Shown here: positions 24,801 through 35,756 of the stretch, in pieces | Position numbering within the stretch: position 1 is the stretch's first letter | Layout: each line of letters starts with the position of its first letter | NCBI GenBank assembly: GCA_000708835.1 | Contig: DF237190.1 | Coordinates: 65,137-129,136 of the forward strand | Direction of reading: 5' to 3' | DNA from: Klebsormidium nitens | Lineage: Eukaryota > Plantae > Klebsormidiophyceae | DNA length: 64,000 nt | Notes under the pieces: generated by a model | Seen by the model: the letters and a program-made list of their open reading frames with translations, nothing else | Told to the model about the DNA's origin: nothing | Databases searched by the model: none | Translations under genes and position numbers: made by a program

Positions 24801-27800
24801 GTCGGTCGGTTTTCCATGCATCGGAGTTGTGTCAAATGTCTGAATTTTTGCCACTCAAGCAGAAACGTCGTTCAAATGGCGCCTCAAAAGTCCTTCAAAG
24901 TATTCTGCTTTCCAAACTTTGTCTTCGGGAAATGCGGATTCAAAACGAGACTTAACAAACTCACCTTGAGCAGTCGCAGGATGTCCGTGTCCTCTCGTAC
25001 GTACTCTTCCGGTAGCCCCTTCCGCAACGCATCTCGGCCGGAATCACATTTTTCCCGCGCGCGCACTGCTGCTTCGTAGGACTTTTCCGCAAATCTGAGT
25101 CCTCCTTGCTCCGCCGCTCCAAAGCAGCCCTCCAATAGCCGCACATACGCGAGGACCGTCGCCAAGGAGCGGCCCGCGGCCGCCTCGCGCACATGAGGGT
25201 CCCCTAAAACCCTTTCTAAGGCCGATTCCGCGGAACCCTCGTTATCCACGCCGTTTAAACAGGCAAGCAAGTCCCTGGTTTCAATCAGTGTCCACTCTCT
25301 TCCATCCCCCTCTTCTCGCTCCGGCTCTCTTTTCCCTTCTTCCGAGCCCCGCTCGACGTCGAGCAAGCGCGCGAATCTGGTTTGCAGGGATTGGGAGCGC
25401 GCGAGCAAGGACGCGCGCGCGGCGAGGCGCGCGGGTTTGATGAGGGTTAGCAGCTCCCGCGGGTCGAGCTGGTGGGGAAGGTTCCTGAGGTCGACGCGAA
25501 TGTTGGAGAACGTGGGCTTGAGGCGCATCATGAATAGCTCAATCTCCTGCGAAAGAGAGAAAAGCATTCGCTTCAATCAACTGATCTTGAGCTTGTGTTT
25601 TCTGTCGGTTACTGATCAACTTTAGATTGCACGTGTTGGAGCCTATCCAAAAGGGAGCGCTATTTTATTCTCAGGATACTGCGCACGCAGGGGTGGTTAG
25701 CAAATTCAAGTCAGTCAGTCTTAGTGTAGACTGAGCAAGTTGACACGGGGTTGACAGCCTTACCGTTTCGTTAAAGCCGGGCAGATGTGCTAACTGCCTC
25801 TTTGAAAACCTAGGAATTGCTGGTTGCTGGTTTACCATTCACTTGAAAGATCCCGATTACCTTGCCGAAAGCAACTGCGGTTTCCCTGACATCGTGGAAG
25901 AGAATTTTCCATTTGTGTTCCAACTGAATACCCGAATTAGTCGCGCTCGCAATCTGCACACGAGACCGGGACGGTACCTTGCTTGTCAATTTCGGGTACC
26001 ATACCAGGAACCTACAATTCGTGCCTGGTCTCACTTGATCTCCTTTTTCAATCCCCATCAAGTCCCAGCGCCTTCTTTACATTCCGTCTTCCTCTGCATA
26101 TGCTGCACTGCGTCCCTTCCAACAACCTTACCTTTTCCATCCCGAGTTCAGCCAAGCGTCGGCACGCCTCCTCAACGCTCATCATTTTCGACTTCTGCCC
26201 AGATCTGCTCGGAGGACCCCACATCTTCTGCTTCCCCCGCTTGACCCTGGCGCACAGGCGCGCGGTCTGGGAAGCAATTGTCTGCTCGGCCGCGCGTCGG
26301 ATGACCTCGAAGACGCGCATCGCGCGAAGCGCGCCCAGGTGGCGCGCGACGATCGCGTCCACGTGGCACCGGATCAACTGCAGTTGCAGGAAAGATCGGA
26401 TTCAAAAGAACCCCTCTGTGAGAAAAAATGTCTGGATGAGAGACGAGAAGCTTCTAAGATCCCTCCAAAAAGCCACGTCCGAAAAGCTACGCGCTCTGCG
26501 ATGGTGAAAGGTAGGAGGGAATTGGCGTTCTGATCTGTTTCGGAAGTGACTGCGTGTCACTATTATGAAAGGAGGTATAAGAGACTGAATGCGGTATGCC
26601 CTGTCGGATCCGCCTATCAGTCATTCCTGCTGGCCGGCTCGCTCTAGCAGCGCACTTCGTCACCTTCGAGCTGTAGACAGACCCACAACAACATCTACAC
26701 TATAACCCGCACGTAATCGCGTTGTGCGCACGCACCTGATCCAGAAGCTCGCGCCCTCCCGTCTTCACGTCCTGCCCCAGGTCCTGAAGCGCCTCGGCGC
26801 CCGCGCACACGAGTGCGCGCGCGCATCCCTCCAGAAACTCCGCGACTAAGTCCCAGATTGGCGCCTTCTCAGCGGCCGCGTCTGTACCCCGATCGCCGAC
26901 TGCTTCGATCCCCAGTGCCCGGTAGAGGCATTCGGTCGGGTGCAGAAGAAACGGGGCGATCATTAAGTCTTGGAGACGGACGCCGTCACATTCCATGGTT
27001 TCCACGAGGGGGGTAGCCGGACCTAGGTAAAGCGCCTGCTGCAGGTCCCCCGTGAAGAGAGACGGTTGGACCTTTCCGGGCTCCTTTGAAGAGTGGATAA
27101 CGAGCCGGGACAGCTGTGGAGTCAAAAGGGGGTCACATCAGCGAAAATAAAGTCTTCGACGTTTCTGTGGCGTTTGCACCGAGCTGACAAGTTGTGGAGG
27201 GTCAAACAGATTTAGCGGAGGCATGACGAGCCATGAGTTTTGGTGCCTCTTTCAGAAAGCCCTCAGGACGACGCAAATGATGTAGTCTGTCAGAAGCAAC
27301 CTGTGCCAAAGATCTGAATTTTAGGCGCTTGAAATTTTGTGAAGAAGCAGAGCACTCGTACTTCTCCACTTTTGATTGGTATCAACACAGAGCTGAGAAA
27401 TAAAAGTGTAAAGGACAGTCTAACAGGCAACTACATAAGCAAACCATCTAGGAAAATGTGTGCTCGGTGGCACGTAACAGACTAAAGTCTCAGCATTCCT
27501 GTACCAGCTGATCCGTTTCCTCTACCCGGCGCGACCTAAGCGAAAAATGCAAACAGGCAGAAAGAGCTGGGCGATGTCGCAAAAGACGTTTGACTCACCT
27601 CTTTGCCGAATCTTAGTGGCGTGCAAGCTTCGACGCTCTCCCGTCGGTTCTCCCTCAGCTCCCGTTCCACGCCATCTAAAACGTCCGTGCGCAGCGTCGG
27701 CAGCTTGAGCGCTCTGGGCGCGCTCGCGCGCTCGAGCGCGTTTTTTAGCCGCTCGAGCTGCGTGGGTTGCTTAACCGCGCGCGCGAGGGCAAATGTGCGC

Positions 27801-30800
27801 GCGCCCATCTCCTCGAACCTGCCCAGCAGCTCACGGGCCGCAGAGACCAGCGCGCGCGCGTCGCGGGTACCCGCCGCGCGGACGCGGCCGCTGCGGAGGA
27901 AGTCGCGGAGCTGGGGCATGCGGGAGTCTTCTTCGGAGATAGCCTGAGGAATGAAAGGCAAGGTTTTCCGATGATGCTGACATCTACAGCTAACGGCAGC
28001 CTATTCGCTCGCTGAAGCTGTCAGAAGATTTGACGATCCGTACCTCTTTGCAGGCTGACTGAATGGAACACCGAGTCACACTTGACGTGAGCATCTTGAA
28101 GTCCCCCTACAACGGTCTCCTTGAATCAACAGGCCGCAGCTTTTGCGAAGCTTGCGTCATGCGGGTGCCTTCCAAACTGACTCTAAAAGAGAGGAGGTTC
28201 AAGAGGATGACGTGGCAGCGATGCAGAGACTGTTCGCAGGATCGTGCAGTGCCAAAAGCAGATCAGAAGCAAGATTTGAAGTCACCTGGTACTGGTATAT
28301 CACGTTCCCAATGTTGTCTTTGACGCACTCGGGGTTGTGCCGCAGGTCCGGGTAGATAACCAGGAACGTAACCCGGTTAGCAATGTCGTTGGCTCGCTGT
28401 TCGGCCACGTGCTTGGGTAGATTCTCCCGGGAGATCATCAGATCCTCCAGCGCGGCCGCGACGTCGCGCTTCCGGTCGCTGGCCCACTTCCGTTCCGCTT
28501 CAAGGAGGATCTTCCGCTCCGCTGGGGTGTTTTGCTCGTGGCTGCCAGGGTGGAAAAACGGAACCGCATCAGAAGGAGTGGTAGACATAGTCTACGTTGC
28601 AAGGAAACCACATTAAAGGCTACCCTGAGTCAAAAGCTTCAGTCAGATTCTTGAAGCAGGCCAGAACCTTAACAAGCAGAGGGTGCGTCCTGAAACGTGT
28701 TACTTGGGTTCAAGGAAAGGAGTCTTTCGTACTTAAAAAAAAACAAAACAGTCAAGTTCGTTCTGACGGTGTTTCTGAACCGCGAATGTTTGTCAACTTC
28801 CAGCCTTCAATCTATTTGAGAACCCGGACCGAAAACGATCTCAACAGCAAAGTCTATCTTTGACCCCAAAAGCTCAACGCTCTTACTTGGGCACCCGTGC
28901 GGTGCTGTGCACCTTCGCGTTGCGCTTGGTCCACCACTTGTCGCCCGCACAGACGACCGCGATGCGCTTCTCCTGGTCAGCATCGCCTCCATCTGACACG
29001 TGGCGGTCGCAGAGGTACGCCGTTTCAGCCAGGCGCGGCATGGCGGCCTGCTTGGAGGAGGAGCCGGTGACGTCACCCAAGAGTATAGTGAGCGATTTTG
29101 CTACATTCTTGGCCGTTTCTAGGCATTTTAAGGGCATAATGCGAAGTAAGCTACAGCTTCTCAGGTTAGCGGCTTATGTGGGAACAAACACAACGGGCCT
29201 TGTTGACCCGATTTGTCTGCTAACACACTCTGGTTCACGCATTCTATCATGGTTGGAAAGTAGTCGCTTATCCGAGTCAAGACGAGTCAACAGCACAAAC
29301 GAAAGTACAGGAGCAAGGAGGGACGTCAATTCTGGATGCGCCAGTGAGAGGTAGACCACAGGCAACAGTGGTCTCTACTCTGTTGTACAAAATATACAAT
29401 CTTAAAGACAAGGGCTGTATCATCACGCACCTGCTGATCTCTGCGGACGTCCATCATGAATATCACGAGGTCCGACTTTCGTATCTCCTGCAAGTAGAGC
29501 AACAAACGAACGGTACATCCATTCATTACCCTTCCAGAACCAATTGTCATGATGCGCTACAATAAAAGCCTCGCATCCAATTCGAACCAGGATAGCGTGT
29601 GATCCAGGATCTTGAAACAAGCTGTCCTTGAAACGCTTAGGCTGGACTGTGTCCGTCAACTACTTTCCCATTTTGTCCATTTTGACCAATACGGTAGTCA
29701 CAGGCCCCTAAGGTCAATGCACAGTTGGACACAGGATCTTTTGGACCGCAAGCTTTCCCCCCGCTGAACTAGGGATCGGTGCATCTCAAAAGCAGCGTTC
29801 AGAGATTAGGCCGAATCCACTGCTTTGCTCTCGAATATAAGTCAGCGCGCGGTGCTTACGGCCCCAGCCTCCCGAGAGACAGGCGGTTGGCACCACAGGG
29901 CCCGGAAGCCATCACGGTACATACCTACGGAACGGCGAGGCGGTGAGCCCCGAACATATCTGGAGCTCTGGGTTATTCAGACGGAAGCCCGGTACGTACC
30001 TCTCGTGCGTCGCAGCTGAAGGGCCCGGGGTCTTTGGACACTCCCGGGAGGTCTGTGAAGTCGTGCCAGCGCACCACCCGGTGTGGCAGCTGGATGACGG
30101 CTCTCTCAACAAGGGGCCAGTAGATCTGCAAGCAGAGGGGAAAAGCATTTCCAAGTGGCGCTCATCACGCGGAGAATGCATTTTTTCGAGGCACGCTCTT
30201 TCTCATGCTGAGTACCAGCCCTGAGCTGCTATCTGCTTCTGCTTCGGGATTCTAAGAATGGTGCAGCGCTTTAAGGGGGACTGAAATCGGGATTCCAAGA
30301 ATGGTGTAGCGCTTTAAGGGGGACTGAAATCATCCTTCAAATCTTCAGCGTTGTCAGGCTGAAGATCTTACGAAGCTGGCAAACTCCTGCACCCCTAAAG
30401 GTCCGCTTCCTGTAGACTCGAGAGATTTTGCAAGGCTGGAATAGGGGCCGTACTGGCGCTTTAGTTATGCATTTCTTTCGAACGGTTACCCGGCGGCGCC
30501 AACACATGGACTCGTGACAGGAACGGCAAAAAAAACATCTCATCGAAGCTTCTTTATCTGAGGATTCTTACCTTTTTGTGACTGTCGCCGTGGAGACCCT
30601 CCCCTGTCCTGGACTCGATGAATTGAGCCGCGCGCTTGACATGCTCACTCAACAAGCTTCCACCGTAGGGTGTGCCGTCGGGTGACGTGCTCTGGCAGGG
30701 CGAGAAGATCTCCACCTGAGGATCGAGAAGAGAATATTTTCACTGCACACTGTAATCTCTGTTTTGGGAGGGAAAATGGCTTAGTGGGCACTGAAGCGTG

Positions 30801-33800
30801 ACTCTCGTGGTCACTGTACGACGATGCTTTTTGTCGCAAACCGAACTTATATATTTTTTGGAAAAGCTGCTGCATTATCGGCAAGATCTACAAGAGGTCG
30901 ACATTATCATGCATCAATCACTTGCAGTTGGAATTCAATGAGTGCTTAGAAGAACAACGGTTTAATTGGGAATCTCGGCAAGTCATCCGCAGGCAACATC
31001 CTCTGAGATCAGATCAACGACCTTTTGTACTGAGCAGAGACTTGTTGAAAGAACGGAACCCTAACCTCAGAGGTGATGGGCTGACATGTTACTAAAGCAG
31101 ACTAGGCGAAGCTTTTGGAACCTTATTGCAATTCCGAGGGAGGTCTCGGCGAGGTCTCACCTTTCCTGCGGCGCTTAACCTGCTCCGAAAGTGCCCGGGC
31201 AGCACAAAGTCGTCTTCCTTGAGATCTAGAATGGGGAAGTTGAGAGGCTTCCCAATAAGCGCCAGGGCATTCTGCATCCAGGGGTCCCAAAAGTGCTCGT
31301 CCTCCGGGGCTCCCTTTTCGACCGAATCCCCGATTTCGATCGTTCCGTCGATGTCCATTCCGCAGGGGACCGTTCCGCTGGTTGAAGCGGCGCCAGCCCT
31401 CATCTCGTTCCGCAGCTTTCCCAAACTGTTGAGTAGACATGCTGGATTTGCTGCAACTTGATGGATCTTTTCTTCAAAGGTGTCAGTATGAAACGGTCGT
31501 CGTTATGCGAAGCTTTCAGCACGATTGCTGGCGAGTCTTTTCTTGAGATAGAGGCTGTTAGTATTGGAAGCCGTCGACAAAACAAATGTTATTTGCTGTA
31601 TTATTGCGCCTGAACAGCGGGCATGGACACGCCCACAGGTACTTTGCACTCATTGTTGGTCCACCATGCGCTTTCGTTTTTGAGCACCTCAGCCCCGAGG
31701 TGCAAAGCTGAGATGCAAGGCTCCTTGAGCTTCCTCGTCGGAAACAGCAACTCATACTTCTAGCGCTGAAACAGCGGTTTTTTTTTCCTGCTTAACGTCT
31801 AGCTTGAAAAAAGCGACAGCAGCTTTGAGCCTAATATTAGAAGGCAAACCCCCGCAGACGTATCAGGTTTCAAACATCCGTGAGTAGACTTACACCGGAG
31901 CGCCCTTACCTGCCTATCGCCTCCGCCACTTCTGCGATATTCTTGAAATAAATCCACACGCGCACAGTGGACCCCGAGGTGATTTGAGACCCCACCAGAG
32001 TCGTGTCCGATACGTCTCCTTCTGGCAGCAGGTAGTAATTTCCGCCCACGTACCCGGGCTCTGCTTCCGGCCGTTCCTGGAACGGAATAACGGACTCACT
32101 TGCCAAGTTGAAAGAATTCAGACCTTACGTGAGCCGCGGTTTATTATCGTCGCGTGCTCCTACCCAGCGACTGCACGATGGCTGCTCACAAATTTCCGTT
32201 TGAAGAATCAAGAAACTCTCCTCGAATTTCGAGCGTTACAATCATTCTAAACCAGGGTGAGGCTCACCCGCATCACTGAAGTCGGTTACGGTTCCCTTTC
32301 GGATGCAGTTTCTACAGAGAGATCAGTATAGTTCAGGCTCAATTTCCAGAACGAGTCCTAGACCTACACATCCGGACAACGTTCGCCAAGTCCTGATGAA
32401 GCCGGCGTTCCTTAGGAAGAGCTCCGACCCGTCGTTTTGTATTGCTTACCTCAGCGAATCGAAGGTCCCAGACTTTCCGGGCCCAGACCGCCTCGGTGCT
32501 TCCACCTTCAGGGACCTCGTGATCTCGCAGCGAGAGTCCAGTGAACGCCTCTTCGTCTCCGTTGAAGAGGATCTGCACATACAAGCGGTTGACTCAATAA
32601 TTCCAAGTCTTCAAGGACCCTCTGCCAACCACGATAGCCTGGTCAGAAGAAACGTGCCCCTGAAAAGTTTTGCAGCTGTTGAAAGCTTTGACGGTGTTGA
32701 TTAACTGGTCCTTTCGTTACTTTCCACTCGTTTCAAGAAGAGCTTCCAGTACCCGGATCTTGTTTTCTTTGACCGACCAACCAGATTGAAAACTTCGTGA
32801 AAACTCACCGAATGCGTCGTGCCATCGTCACTCTCGCTGACATCAACAACCTCCCCTTCCCGCCACTGGTCCTCTCCTGGGAAGTACACTTCGACCCGGG
32901 CACCTGCGCGCGCGGCCGCGACGGTGTCAAGGCGCGGCGTCTCGTGGGGTGTCGCGTCGACGAGCGCAAGCTCGTCCCACTCGCCGAACTGCGCGATCTT
33001 CTCTTGGACGCGCGCGCAGTATTCTTCGAGATCCGGCTCGGACGCTCGGAGAAGGCTGTTGAACTGCAGAGCCGGAAAACGGAGGGCAAAGTGCATTAAA
33101 GTTCTGCTCAATCACGGTGGCAGTCCTCATGCATGTACGTCCAGAGCATTGCCATTGGCACCGAAACCGCAGATCTTGGGAACAAAGTTTCAGGAGTACT
33201 TCATGAAGCAAGAAAAGATATCCGGGACGTCTGCGAGCATTCCAGCCAATCTAACCTCCTGCAGACTTTTGACCGGGATCTTCTTGTCCAGGAGATCGAG
33301 CGACAGTAACACAGTCTGCTTCAAATTAGAACTAATGCCATCTTTACATGATCTCATCGCTTACGTATCTCATAGCTTTGGAACAGAACTTTTGTCGTTT
33401 AACCAACTTCCTCTCAATAAAATGCGGAAAGATATGGTGCACACCAGATTGGTTTTCCCGACACCACTCCTTCCAATGAAGACGACCCTCCTTCGGAACG
33501 CCGCATCTCTATGCATCAGCTCCAGCAACTGCTCGTGGAGTGCTAACACTCCTCCTCGAGACAGATCGTTCTCACCCAAATTTTCGGACCTGGTGGAAAA
33601 GAAACAGAATAAGGAAGGGTCCACAATTTGAAGACCAAAGCCCTCGGCTGCTGTGTTTGAGTCCTTGAGTTCTTTCTCAGTAATATCGGTCCTTTGAAAA
33701 CGGATGAAAGTGGCAGAAGTGAGGAAATTCTATCAGCATTGATGGTCAAAAGGTCTGAACCAAGAGCTGATTCAGTATACTGCCTTCAGAAGCTTCATAT

Positions 33801-34105
33801 ATATAGGAGTGTGGAGGTGTGCAGACAATCTCAATATTGGTGGGAAAGTTTGATGTATCAACGCAGAAGCATGCATATGCATGATCAATCAAAGGTGTGG
33901 AAACCTCAAAAAGAATCCTCGGAGCTGTAGCAATAGACAAGAATTTAGAAAAGCAGAATTTTGGGTGTCACCTTTCGTGCTCCTCAGACGCCTGCAGGAG
34001 GAGCTCGCAAGCTTCCTCCATAAGAAGCCCCGCCTCATGGACCTCTTGGCAATGCCTTTCCGTCTCCGAACGGAGGTCCCAGGGATCACTGCCATCGGGA
34101 GCCAT
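21900..34105 (-). CDS. Copy 1 (intact): dynamin-superfamily NUGGC/SLIP-GC-like GTPase fused to Tudor and tandem MBD domains, 20 exons, 1567 aa
   Basis: Exons (minus): 34105-33972, 33589-33445, 33315-33256, 33063-32809, 32572-32450, 32076-31910, 31425-31161, 30715-30572, 30125-30000, 29487-29431, 29047-28887, 28541-28286, 27943-27599, 27113-26736, 26377-26132, 25546-24965, 24468-23397, 22960-22902, 22525-22451, 21953-21900. The total is 4704 nt, phases are consistent, I saw no internal stop, and most boundaries are conserved in the paralogues. Motifs: G1 RVVFIGRSGVGKT, G2 LLPEGDVSDTT, YWPLVERAVIQLP..DFTDLPG (G3), Tudor-like GARVEVYFPGEDQWREGEV..HSILFNGDEE, C-terminal FEVRYDGG, two MBDs and a basic tail RKRLKK. 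Confidence 0.85.
22511..23442 (-). other. Second, canonical methyl-CpG-binding domain (MBD) of copy 1, split over three exons
   Basis: Spliced GWPNYTSERQEGRTAG|KVDSYYKTPQGKRFRSLVE|VYDYL aligns without gaps to the MeCP2 MBD as I recall it ([40 protein letters not shown]), 20/40 identical. Confidence 0.9.
23554..23658 (-). other. First, divergent MBD-like domain of copy 1
   Basis: LPDGVRIEYKPRKTGDRVDKYYIYGDSLVKLQQFF follows the MBD pattern LP.GW..E...RK.G...D.YY. Copy 2 retains FRTDSLVKL. Confidence 0.65.
24001..24156 (-). other. C-terminal Tudor-like domain of copy 1
   Basis: FVKQIWDDTEGTFVVKRGIILRGP...VFEVRYDGGQTG. Copy 3 has FAKQFWDE...TGVVLEG...VYRVRYDDGREE, which resembles plant PTM/PDS5-type Tudor folds (K.F...G.V......Y.V.YDDGD.E). 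Confidence 0.6.
30245..30330 (+). repeat. 43-bp tandem duplication in an intron of copy 1
   Basis: CGGGATTC(T/C)AAGAATGGTG(C/T)AGCGCTTTAAGGGGGACTGAAAT x2 with 2 mismatches. Confidence 0.9.
32528..32904 (-). other. Tudor/Agenet-like domain inserted inside the GTPase of copy 1
   Basis: GARVEVYFPGEDQWREGEVVDVSESDDGTTHS|ILFNGDEEAFTGLSL fits the Tudor pattern G.RV.V.(W/F)P.D..W..G.V......H.V.(Y/F)DDGDEE. Copy 3 has GDRVEVYFPESDEWCEGEVVRV...KHV|VKFPGE. Confidence 0.7.
33451..33474 (-). other. Walker A / G1 P-loop (GRSGVGKT) of copy 1
   Basis: GxxxxGKT preceded by the hydrophobic strand RVVFI. The paralogue at 54570-54714 reads RVVLVGRSGTGKT in an exon of the same length (145 nt). Confidence 0.9.
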
Positions 34106-35756
34106 TGTTCCTTCGTGAGCTTCGCTTAGCACATGCCAACCTGCACTGCCTTCGTCGGTTTTTACTCCTTCCTTTTAGCTGGACAGCTATTCTCGCATTA
34201 AACGTAGGCTTCTCAGCAAGCTTGATATCTAGATGTTTATCGCACGTGCGAACCAGAGAGACTGGGAATCTCGTGTTTACGAATTTGCGCAAGCCCTCGT
34301 AGATCTACCATGCATGCAAGCAATACTCGCAAGTCGTTTTGAGCTGATGTCAACTTGCAATGTCAAAGCAATGGCAGAACTCGAGCAGCATCTCGGTGCA
34401 GACTTGCCCTCTTGATTGCAACGTCGCTGACGAACGATGGTGCGCAGACTGAATTTCAGGGCTATCGCGAGCCTATGTGAACCTCAAGATAGTGATTGTC
34501 ACGTCCTCGTAAGCATCGACTGTTCATGATACATTCAAGACCATGATGACGCGACTGAGAGTGAAAACAACAGATCTACGAAAACTTGAGCGAGAGAGAC
34601 TGCTACACCCCGCTTCCTACAGACTTGACCTCCGAAAAGTCTGACACTTCAATCCTGCGGCGCTTTCCATGGTGCCTTTCATACTTCGGAAGTTGCTTAA
34701 CTATGACAGACATGCAGACGACGCAAGGCAGAACTTCATTGATCCAGACTGACCACTGAGCGAAGAGCACGCTGCCAGGGACGCGGAATCTTGAGAGAAC
34801 GCCAACCAACAGCCAAAGCAGGAGGTTCAACGGGAGTTGAAGCCTCCAGGACTCACTGCATTGATGAGCTCCGGGCGCAGAGCAAGGACGACACCGTTAG
34901 CGCAGAACTGTTGGAGCAAGAAGACCGTGAAAGGCTTGAAGCGGAGGAACAAGGAGCGGACGGAACGACGGGCGAGGAGCATGACGGTCGACGCCTCAGC
35001 TCGACGCGAGGAACTTAAGTACGCTATAAGGGAAGTGATTAAGCATAGACCTTGCAGTAAGCGTGATTGACTGATAGCCGCGTTTAATTGTGCCCGGAAG
35101 CTAAAAATAGGTCGAGTTGATCGTAGGCAGGTACTGTAGTTATGATCGCCCCCTGAAATTGTCAGATTTGCTAGTCGCCATGCGGCTTCGCGTGCCGCCA
35201 TGAGCTATGAAACTAAGACTCCTGCCTGCCAGGCCGGCCGGCCTTTATCAGTAGTCTCTGTCGTCTCAGTCTGCCAATTTGATGCTCAATCAATTGACAA
35301 TCAGTCAGGCGCCCCGCACGAGCGCCCTGGTCAAGAGCTATTGCTTGATCATAAGCAAACTGGTAGTTCGGCTTAGTGACGATCGCACATGCGTGTGCAT
35401 GCTTCTCACAGTTGGATAATTTTGGCCATCCATGCTGGCAGTAGCTTTCTGCGTCGACCTACAAACCTTCCGGAAAACTGGAACAATGCTTCTCTTCGTT
35501 GAAGCATCACATCCGGCTCTCTTTCGAATCCTGAAACGCAAATCACGGTTGAGGGTCTCTTGGCAAAGGCGGCCAGTTTTCTTCAATTCGCTCTTTTCTG
35601 CTTCCAAACCATTTTCCCCTTCAATGATGCACAGCTGCTTGTAAGCTGACTCAAAGTCTTCTGTTGACTGAAAGACGCTCTGTACCCAGCTAGAGAATGC
35701 GCCAGTAAGGAGACGCTGTAGGTTTCATCTGCTAACGGAAGCTTACAAACAGCTCA

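Noticed and set aside
34790-35070. Acidic coiled-coil-like ORF between copies 1 and 2 (..ELLEQEDRERLEAEEQ..)
   Set aside because: It is short, has no clear splice partners and shows no homology to the paralogue exons, so it cannot be supported as a gene.
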